A stretch of 64,000 nt of DNA from an uncultured Bacteroidota bacterium (lineage in GTDB: Bacteria > Bacteroidota > Bacteroidia > Flavobacteriales > Flavobacteriaceae), in assembly GCA_902609185.1 (NCBI GenBank), contig CACLQX010000001.1, forward strand, positions 2,825 through 66,824, written 5' to 3'. The position numbers and the translations under genes are program-made. Below are positions 57,161 through 64,000 of the stretch, in pieces (the stretch's first letter is position 1; each line of letters starts with the position of its first letter). A model generated the notes under the pieces. The model saw nothing but the letters and a program-made list of their open reading frames with translations, was not told the origin of the DNA and searched no databases.

Positions 57161-57998
57161 CGTGTTTTTTTGCTTTGTAAGACGATCTTACAAGTGGCCC
57201 ACTTTCTACATGTATAAAGCCTAGATCTTTTGCAAAATCCTTGTAAAAATTAAATTTTGTTGGTTCAATAAACTCTTTGACGGGCAAATGCTTTTTAGTG
57301 GGCTGTAAATATTGTCCAATAGTAACTACATCTACATTAGCTCTTCGCAGGTCACGCAGCGTTTCCATAACTTCAAATTCTTTCTCTCCCAATCCAAGCA
57401 TAATTCCAGATTTAGTTCTTTTCGCACCATTATCTTTTAGGTATTTAAGAACGGCCATACTTCTATCGTATTTAGCTTGAATTCTAACTTCACGAGTTAG
57501 TCTTCTAACTGTTTCAATATTGTGAGAAATAACTTCAGGATTTGCTTCAATAATTCTGTCTATATGTCTCTCAACACCTTGGAAGTCTGGAATTAAGGTC
57601 TCCATGGTTGTATCTGGGTTGAGTCTCCTAACGCTTTTGACTGTCTCAGCCCAAATTATTGAACCCTGATCATGTAAATCATCACGATCAACAGATGTTA
57701 TTACAGCATGTTTAATTTTCATAACAGAAATCGATTTTGCAACTTTTTCAGGCTCCTCCCAGTCAACTGCTTCTGGTTTTCCAGTTTTAACTCCACAAAA
57801 CCCACAAGATCTCGTGCAAATGTTACCTAAAATCATAAATGTAGCTGTACCCTCTCCCCAGCACTCGCCCATATTTGGACAACTACCTGATGAGCATATG
57901 GTATTTAATTTATACTTATCAACTAAACCTCTGATTTCAGAATATTTTTTACCTGTGGGTAATTTTACTCTTATCCAGTTAGGTTTTTTTTTTAAAAT
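57153..57998 (-). CDS. lipA: Lipoyl synthase (true start upstream of the ORF-track ATG; exact start codon uncertain)
   Basis: The ORF-track version (57153-57872) begins MGECWGEGTATFMILGNICTRSCGFCGV (radical-SAM CxxxCxxC). My translation of the in-frame upstream sequence gives ..ILKKKPNWIRVKLPTGKKYSEIRGLVDKYKLNTICSSGSCPN-MGEC. This is conserved LipA N-terminus and includes 2 of the 3 auxiliary-cluster Cys. The frame is open up to 58034. The end coordinate uses the ATT at 57996-57998 as a provisional start. Confidence 0.88.
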   Translation of the reverse strand: MLKKKPNWIRVKLPTGKKYSEIRGLVDKYKLNTICSSGSCPNMGECWGEGTATFMILGNICTRSCGFCGVKTGKPEAVDWEEPEKVAKSISVMKIKHAVITSVDRDDLHDQGSIIWAETVKSVRRLNPDTTMETLIPDFQGVERHIDRIIEANPEVISHNIETVRRLTREVRIQAKYDRSMAVLKYLKDNGAKRTKSGIMLGLGEKEFEVMETLRDLRRANVDVVTIGQYLQPTKKHLPVKEFIEPTKFNFYKDFAKDLGFIHVESGPLVRSSYKAKKHVN

Positions 57999-58114
57999 CC
58001 GATCTCTGCTTTGAAAGGATTTTATTAGTTTTCTTTAAATCGATACGACTCCAACTTTCTTCTACTTTATTATCTAAAATTTTTGTGCTCAATCTAACTT
58101 TATTTAAGAGTTTA

Positions 58115-58122
58115 CAAATATA
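58115..58122 (-). promoter_or_regulatory. -7 box TATATTTG (minus strand) upstream of lipA
   Basis: Exact TAnnTTTG on the minus strand between the transporter stop (58141) and the lipA open frame. No convincing -33 element. Confidence 0.25.
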
Positions 58123-58140
58123 TAACTATATAATCAAAAT

Positions 58141-59352
58141 TTATACTAAAGTTATATACCAAATTGAAAAGATTGTTAAAAAAACTATTCCTGAAAACGA
58201 ATATAGTTTCATTGATTTCGAAAGTTTATACTTTTCTGGCATAAATTTACTATTCACAAGAGAATAATTCATAATTGCATAAATAGGTGCAGCTACAAAT
58301 GACAGAATAGTTGCTATTTTGATCAAGTTGCCCATTTCTGATTCGAAAAATACAAAAATTATCATTGTCATTGATGCTATAATTAAAATCCATCTATTGT
58401 ATCCACTAAATTTCTTAAAGTTTAGTAATCTTAATGTTTGACTCATAGCTCTTGGAGAGGCATCTAAACAAGTTATAGTGGTGCTAAGCATTGTTGTGAA
58501 TGCGGCAACTGAAATCAAAATTTTAACATTATCTCCTAAGTTGATTGTATATAGTTTTATCAGTTGATTAGCAAACTCAGATCCATTATTTGAAAATGTT
58601 TGTCCTGACCCAAACATAACAAAAGCACCTAGTAAAATAAAGCATAAACCGATTAATACAGTTGTAGTATAACCTACATTGAAATCAAATAATGCTGATT
58701 TGTGGTCCATTCTATTGTTCAATTTTACTTTTTCTTTGGTCCAGATGGATTGCCAAATTGAAATATCCAAAGGAGCAGGCATCCAGCCCATAAAAGCAGC
58801 TAAAAAAACTATTCCTGAAACTTCGATCGGAAATATTTGAGTGGTTGTTATTTCTCCGGGATTATTATTAATTGCAAAACCTACTGCAAGTAATGTTGAT
58901 AGGACTAAAATTACAATAACTAATTTTATAAAATTATCTAGTAATTTATATTTTCCAACTGTAAGAATTACAATACAAAGAATTAAAATGAACAATGACA
59001 TAATGGTTATATTTTTTGTAAAACCAAAAAGTTCAACTGCCAATCCTGCAGTTACTATTGTTACAGCCGCTTGGATTGTAAAAATTGTAACAATTGATAG
59101 CATTAAATAGATGTATAGTACGTAGTTACCAATTTTTTTATACCCTTGTAATAAGGTTTCACCTGTTGAAATAGCGTATTTAGTCCCAAATAAAAAAAAT
59201 GGATATTTAAAAAAATTACATAACAATAATGCCCAGATTAACCCAAAACCAAATTCTGCACCTGCCTTGGTTGATTGAACAAGATGGGAAACTCCAATGG
59301 CAGCCCCTGCAAATAATAAACCAGGCCCCAGTTTCTTAACTTTATCAATCAT
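58141..59352 (-). CDS. Nramp-related transporter (divergent; canonical metal-site motifs altered)
   Basis: 403 aa with about 11 TM segments. The N-terminus KLGPGLLFAGAAIGVSHLVQSTKAGAEFGFGLIW parallels Nramp GPG.L.....DPGN......GA.FGY.LLW, and the TM6-like GWMPAPL parallels MPHNL. Confidence 0.75.
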   Translation of the reverse strand: MIDKVKKLGPGLLFAGAAIGVSHLVQSTKAGAEFGFGLIWALLLCNFFKYPFFLFGTKYAISTGETLLQGYKKIGNYVLYIYLMLSIVTIFTIQAAVTIVTAGLAVELFGFTKNITIMSLFILILCIVILTVGKYKLLDNFIKLVIVILVLSTLLAVGFAINNNPGEITTTQIFPIEVSGIVFLAAFMGWMPAPLDISIWQSIWTKEKVKLNNRMDHKSALFDFNVGYTTTVLIGLCFILLGAFVMFGSGQTFSNNGSEFANQLIKLYTINLGDNVKILISVAAFTTMLSTTITCLDASPRAMSQTLRLLNFKKFSGYNRWILIIASMTMIIFVFFESEMGNLIKIATILSFVAAPIYAIMNYSLVNSKFMPEKYKLSKSMKLYSFSGIVFLTIFSIWYITLV

Positions 59353-59857
59353 TATTTTTGATTTTTTCTATTAAAAGTTTTTTTGCTCTAAAAATTTTAA
59401 TCTTAATTGTATTAATAGGTTGGTTGAGCTTATTAGAAATTTCCTTAATTGATAGGTCATCAAAATACCTATATTTTAAAACTTCTTTATAATTAGGTTT
59501 TAATTGATTTATTTTTTCCTTTAGCTCGTCAAAGCTCTCTTTCTCAATAAAATCTTCTTCTGGACTTCTAGATAAATTATGTTTTTCAATATTTTCATAA
59601 TCATCAATTATTGTTTTCTTTTTTCTTAATTGGTCTGAATAAGTATTTTTTGCAATTGAAATCAACCATGTTTTAAATAAAAACTTTTTATCATAAAGTT
59701 TTATTTTTTGAAATGCCTTTGAAAATGTTTGAATCGTAATTTCCTCAGAAATGTACTCATTTGAAGTTTTTTTCAGTATGTAATTGTAAACATAATCCCA
59801 GTTTTCATTCAACAACTTATTAAAAGGAGTTTTTTTTTCATCAAAATTTGAACTCAT
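59345..59857 (-). CDS. RNA polymerase ECF-type sigma-70 factor
   Basis: 170 aa with region 2 (..TWLISIAKNTYSDQLRKKK) and a region 4 HTH (YFDDLSIKEISNKLNQPINTIKIKIFRAKKLL). Confidence 0.9.
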   Translation of the reverse strand: MSSNFDEKKTPFNKLLNENWDYVYNYILKKTSNEYISEEITIQTFSKAFQKIKLYDKKFLFKTWLISIAKNTYSDQLRKKKTIIDDYENIEKHNLSRSPEEDFIEKESFDELKEKINQLKPNYKEVLKYRYFDDLSIKEISNKLNQPINTIKIKIFRAKKLLIEKIKNND

Positions 59858-59862
59858 TTATA

Positions 59863-60069
59863 TCAATTCAAATTAAAATTGGATTTCTTGCAATCATTTT
59901 CCTCTGGAAGTTTTCCGCACAAACTACAGGGCTTACCCTCTTTATTTAAAAATGGATTATTTGAAGCACATGTTCCTGAAAACTTACCGTCTTTTTTAAA
60001 AATTATTTTGATTGAAATTCCTGCGAAAGCAATAGTTAATAGAATAATTGATATAAAAAATAGTTCCAT
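59863..60069 (-). CDS. Small single-TM Cys-rich membrane protein (NqrM/DUF539-like?)
   Basis: 68 aa. One N-terminal TM helix is followed by K..GK.SGTC(12)KPCSLCG(8)C. The layout resembles the small (Na+)-NQR maturation protein NqrM, so the assignment is tentative. Confidence 0.55.
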   Translation of the reverse strand: MELFFISIILLTIAFAGISIKIIFKKDGKFSGTCASNNPFLNKEGKPCSLCGKLPEENDCKKSNFNLN

Positions 60070-60072
60070 GTA

Positions 60073-61080
60073 TTAAATGATGTTAACCTCTTCCTCAAGC
60101 AAGATATCAAATTTTTCTAAAACCTTAGATTTTATTTTTTGTGAAAATGAATATATTTCTCTGCCAGTTGCATTACCAAGGTTTGTGATTACCAATGCTT
60201 GATTCTTATACACACTAACATTTTTTTCTTTGATATTTTTAAAACCACAATTTTCAATGAGCCATGCTGCTGATAATTTATATTTTATCCCATTTTCTTT
60301 GTAAAAAACTATGTCTGAAAACCTTTCCTTAAGTTTTGTCAATGTATCCTGAGATACAATTGGGTTTTTGAAAAAACTACCTGAATTACCTATTATTGAT
60401 GGGTCCGGTAATTTATCTTTTCTAATATTACTTACTATTTCTGCAATATCTTTAATTGTAGGATCCTTTACATTTTTACTTTTTATGACATCATTTAAGC
60501 TTTTATAAGATTTATTAATCTTATGATTATTTTTTGATAATTGGAGAACAACCTCTGTTATAATGAACTTATTTTTTAACGATTTTTTAAAAATTGAGGA
60601 TCGATAAGAAAATTGACAATCATTTATTTTGAACTCCTTTTTTTCTAATGTTTCAATAAAATAACCTGAACAAGAAAGAAAAACATTTTTAATTTCTACT
60701 CCGTAAGCACCAATGTTTTGAATTGGAGCACCGCCTACATATCCAGGAATTGATATCAAATTTTCAACTCCACCAAGGTTTTTTGATATTGCCCATTTTA
60801 CAAAATCGTCCCATATTTCCCCAGCTCCAATTGAAACGCTAACATGATTATTATTTTCTGAAATAATTTTTATTCCCTTAATTTTTACATTAATTATAGG
60901 GGTTTGGACATTATTAGTAAACAAAATATTTGAACCCCCACCAAGAATAAAAACCTTTCTATCTTTCAATGAGTTCAGTGTTTTTAAGACCTCATCTTCA
61001 GAATAAACTTCATATAATTCTTTGGAAATCACATCAACCCCGAAGGAATTATATGATTTTAAAGAAATATTTATTTTCAA
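60073..61080 (-). CDS. murB: UDP-N-acetylenolpyruvoylglucosamine reductase
   Basis: 335 aa with LKSYNSFG, the FAD-binding ILGGGSNILF and GSFFKNP. Confidence 0.93.
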   Translation of the reverse strand: MKINISLKSYNSFGVDVISKELYEVYSEDEVLKTLNSLKDRKVFILGGGSNILFTNNVQTPIINVKIKGIKIISENNNHVSVSIGAGEIWDDFVKWAISKNLGGVENLISIPGYVGGAPIQNIGAYGVEIKNVFLSCSGYFIETLEKKEFKINDCQFSYRSSIFKKSLKNKFIITEVVLQLSKNNHKINKSYKSLNDVIKSKNVKDPTIKDIAEIVSNIRKDKLPDPSIIGNSGSFFKNPIVSQDTLTKLKERFSDIVFYKENGIKYKLSAAWLIENCGFKNIKEKNVSVYKNQALVITNLGNATGREIYSFSQKIKSKVLEKFDILLEEEVNII

Positions 61081-61106
61081 AAATTATGATTAAAATTGGA
61101 GATTTA

Positions 61107-61520
61107 CTAATTCATTTGTCCATCATCTTCCTCTTCTTCTTCCTCTAAAACTTCACCCATAATTCTTAAAATCACGGTAGAGGTTTTTGCATTTGAATTT
61201 ACAGTCACAGCTTTTCGAAAAATTCCAACTCTCTTGGTATCGTAATCAACTTCAATTTGACCTTCACCACCTGGTTCTATTGGTTTTTCAGGTTTTTTTG
61301 GAATCGTACATCCACATGATGATGAAATCCTTGTAAAAATCAGCGGCGCATCACCAATATTTTTAAATTTGAAGACTTTTGTTCCATCAGATTCATAATC
61401 AATTTGTCCATAATCAATAGAATTGGTTTCAAATTTAATTTCAGCTTGTTTTTCCTGTGCTAAATTTAAAACTGAAAAGAAGCAAAAAATTAATGTTGTT
61501 AATTTAAGTGTGATTTTCAT
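61107..61520 (-). CDS. DUF1573 domain protein with poly-acidic C-terminal tail
   Basis: 137 aa with a signal peptide. FKFKNIGDAPLIFTRISSSCGCT.P.....I.PG..G.I.V.YDT is the DUF1573 signature. The tail is EEEEEEDDGQMN. Confidence 0.85.
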   Translation of the reverse strand: MKITLKLTTLIFCFFSVLNLAQEKQAEIKFETNSIDYGQIDYESDGTKVFKFKNIGDAPLIFTRISSSCGCTIPKKPEKPIEPGGEGQIEVDYDTKRVGIFRKAVTVNSNAKTSTVILRIMGEVLEEEEEEDDGQMN

Positions 61521-61594
61521 ATAATCTGAATTTATACAAATTTAACTCTTTTACAAAAAAATAACTATACTTTTAATAATTCTCTGTAGTTAGT

Positions 61595-61602
61595 TACTTT
61601 TG
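61595..61602 (+). promoter_or_regulatory. -7 box TACTTTTG upstream of valS
   Basis: Exact TAnnTTTG 14 nt before the valS ATG. No -33 TTG at the expected spacing. Confidence 0.3.
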
Positions 61603-61616
61603 CTTAAAATATTTAA

Positions 61617-64000
61617 ATGGGAATTGAAAAAATTTATAATCCATTATTAATTGAAAATAAATGGTTAGTAAAATGGGAAAAAGAAGATTTTTTTAAATCT
61701 GATCCAAATGATGATACACCCTATACAATTCTCATTCCTCCACCTAATGTTACTGGTATTTTGCATATGGGTCACATGTTGAATAATTCAATTCAAGATA
61801 TTTTAATTAGAAAAGCTAGATTAAGTGGATACAATGCATGCTGGGTTCCTGGAACAGACCATGCTTCTATAGCGACCGAGGCTAAAGTAGTTAATAAGCT
61901 CAAAGAAATGGGCATAAAAAAACATGAATTAAGTAGGGATGAGTTTATACAGCATGCTTGGGATTGGACGAATAAACATGGAGGAATCATTTTAAACCAG
62001 CTCAAAAAAATAGGTTGTTCCTGTGATTGGTCAAAAACAAAGTTTACCCTAGATCCGGATATGTATGAATCTGTTCAGAATATGTTTATTAAACTTTATG
62101 ATGATGGTTATTTATACAGAGATAAAAAAATTGTTAATTGGGATCCTGAGGCAAAAACTACCCTATCAAATGAAGAAGTTGTTTATAAAGAAAAAACAGC
62201 AAAACTTTTTTACTTAAAATACAAACTAGAAAGTTCAGAAGAATTTTTATTGGTTGCTACAACTAGGCCTGAAACAATTTTTGGTGACACTGCTGTTGCA
62301 GTAAATCCAAATGACAAGAGATACAGAAAACTCATTGGTAAAAAATTAATCGTTCCATTAGTTAATAGAGCTGTTCCAATTGTGGGTGACAAAAGTGTTG
62401 ATTTAGAATTTGGAACAGGTTGTCTTAAAGTAACTCCTGCTCACAGTGAGAAAGATTTTGAAATAGGCTTAAGGAACAATTTGGATATAATAGATGTTTT
62501 TAATGATGATGCTTCTCTAAATGGATACGGAATGCATTATAAATCATTAGATAGATTTTCTGTAAGAAAAAAAATAATCAATGAGCTTGATGAAAAAGGA
62601 TTATTGGATAGGGCAGAGGATTATTCTCACAATATTGCTTTATCTGAGAGGACTAGTTGTGTAGTTGAACCAAAACTTTCTACTCAATGGTTTGTAAAGA
62701 TGAAAAAATTATCCAAGCCAGCTTTAGAGCTGGTTTTAAATGGAGATATTCAATTTTATCCAAAGAAATATGTAAAAACTTATAAAAATTGGCTTGAAAA
62801 TATTAGAGATTGGAATATTTCTCGTCAATTATATTGGGGGCACCGAATCCCAGTATTCTATTTAAAAGAAGACAAATCAAAATATGTTGTTTGCTTGTCA
62901 GAGTCTGAGGCCATAAAGCTTTTTGAGGAAAAATATAATATCAAGAATTTAGTTACTGGTGAAATTGTGCAAGATGAAGATGTTTTAGATACATGGTTTT
63001 CATCGTGGTTATGGCCAATTAGTGTTTTTGACGGAATAAGAAACCCTAACAACTCTGAAATAAATTATTACTACCCAACTTCTGACCTCGTCACAGGACC
63101 AGATATTATATTTTTTTGGGTAGCCAGAATGATTATTTCTGGAAATTATTTACGTCAAGAAATACCTTTCAGGAACGTTTACTTTACTGGCTTAGTTAGA
63201 GATAAAAAAGGTAGAAAAATGTCAAAACAGTTAGGCAATTCACCTGATCCAGAAATTCTTATAAAAAAATATGGTGCTGATGGAGTTAGAGTTGGTTTGT
63301 TGTTTTGCGCTCCTGCAGGAAATGATTTACTATTTGACGAAACTTTATGTAATCAAGGAAAAAATTTTTCCAATAAAATTTGGAATGCCTTCAGGCTAAT
63401 TGAAAGTTTGAAAATTGATGATAGTCAGCAAAGTAAATCTCACAATGAATTTGCCATAGAATGGTTTAATGAAAATTTGAATAAGAAAGTCCTTTCAATT
63501 AATGAATCATTTAAAAATTTTAAAATATCAGAGGCTTTAATGATAATCTACAAACTTTTTTGGGATGACTTTTGTTCAATTTATTTAGAAATTATAAAGC
63601 CAGAATTTGGAAAAGGAGTTTCGAAAAAAATTAAACACTCAACCCTTGCTTTTCTTGAAAAATTATTGACTTTATTACACCCATTTATGCCTTTCATAAG
63701 TTCAGAAATTACGGACCAAATAGTCTCTAACAAAAATTTCAATATTAAAAAATCAAATTGGCCAGAATCAATAAAATTCGATTCAGAAATCATAGAAAAT
63801 GTTAATTATTCAATCGAAATTGTTTCAAAAATAAGACACTTTAAAAAAGAAAATTCTCTTTCTTTCAAAGATGTTTTTAAAATTTATTTTGAGAATGATT
63901 TGATAGATAATCAGATTGGGATTGTTAAGAAACTGACTAATTGTGATTTAATTAAAAAACAACTAAAAGGTAAAGGTTCAGATACTTCTTTTATTGTTGG
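61617..64000 (+). CDS. valS: Valine--tRNA ligase (partial; continues beyond the right edge)
   Basis: It is absent from the ORF track because it is open to the window end. My translation from ATG 61617 gives MGIEKIYNPLLIENKWLVKWEKEDFF..YTILIPPPNVTGILHMGH (HIGH motif). KMSKQLGNSPDP (KMSKS) is in frame at 63216. Confidence 0.95.
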   Translation, partial: MGIEKIYNPLLIENKWLVKWEKEDFFKSDPNDDTPYTILIPPPNVTGILHMGHMLNNSIQDILIRKARLSGYNACWVPGTDHASIATEAKVVNKLKEMGIKKHELSRDEFIQHAWDWTNKHGGIILNQLKKIGCSCDWSKTKFTLDPDMYESVQNMFIKLYDDGYLYRDKKIVNWDPEAKTTLSNEEVVYKEKTAKLFYLKYKLESSEEFLLVATTRPETIFGDTAVAVNPNDKRYRKLIGKKLIVPLVNRAVPIVGDKSVDLEFGTGCLKVTPAHSEKDFEIGLRNNLDIIDVFNDDASLNGYGMHYKSLDRFSVRKKIINELDEKGLLDRAEDYSHNIALSERTSCVVEPKLSTQWFVKMKKLSKPALELVLNGDIQFYPKKYVKTYKNWLENIRDWNISRQLYWGHRIPVFYLKEDKSKYVVCLSESEAIKLFEEKYNIKNLVTGEIVQDEDVLDTWFSSWLWPISVFDGIRNPNNSEINYYYPTSDLVTGPDIIFFWVARMIISGNYLRQEIPFRNVYFTGLVRDKKGRKMSKQLGNSPDPEILIKKYGADGVRVGLLFCAPAGNDLLFDETLCNQGKNFSNKIWNAFRLIESLKIDDSQQSKSHNEFAIEWFNENLNKKVLSINESFKNFKISEALMIIYKLFWDDFCSIYLEIIKPEFGKGVSKKIKHSTLAFLEKLLTLLHPFMPFISSEITDQIVSNKNFNIKKSNWPESIKFDSEIIENVNYSIEIVSKIRHFKKENSLSFKDVFKIYFENDLIDNQIGIVKKLTNCDLIKKQLKGKGSDTSFIV

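Noticed and set aside
57984-57993. T10 (A10 on the coding strand) homopolymer as a frameshift or sequencing-error explanation for the missing lipA start.
   Set aside because: Removing one base opens a long frame upstream that still has no ATG, GTG or TTG and does not look like LipA. Adding one base gives an immediate stop. An indel here does not rescue a canonical start.

Overview
This is a visibly AT-rich, tightly packed bacterial chromosome segment. I assign it to Bacteroidota, probably class Flavobacteriia. The grounds are a gldK-gldL-gldM-gldN type IX secretion/gliding core, a PorP/SprF-family gene, type-A and type-B T9SS C-terminal sorting domains, several TTG-N18/19-TAnnTTTG promoter-like motifs, and no obvious Shine-Dalgarno use.

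All product names come from reading motifs in the supplied translations and from my own translation of the two edge-truncated genes. No database search was possible.

Most of the window is housekeeping: miaB (partial), topA, aconitase, era, der, alaS, lysS, lipB, rnhB, gltBD, nhaD, folC, lpxK, lipA, murB and valS (partial), plus tRNA-fMet(CAT) and tRNA-Val(TAC). I saw no CRISPR array, transposase, integrase or rRNA.

The parts that deserve a second look are:
1. gldKLMN runs without a break into a porP/sprF-like gene and a 1944-aa SprB-repeat adhesin that has a 3x higher-order repeat and a type-B sorting domain.
2. A translationally coupled DUF1800/DUF1501 pair, in which the DUF1501 protein has both a twin-arginine signal and a T9SS type-A sorting domain.
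3. lipA has a conserved N-terminus, including two cluster cysteines, that lies upstream of the only ATG, and the open frame there has no canonical start codon.
4. A Nif3-partner 'zinc-ribbon' protein in which all four ribbon cysteines are replaced.
5. An ECF sigma factor that overlaps a divergent Nramp-like transporter by 8 nt.
6. Three tandem NTF2/SnoaL-like lipoprotein genes.
7. Convergent gene pairs that almost never have a spacer between them.
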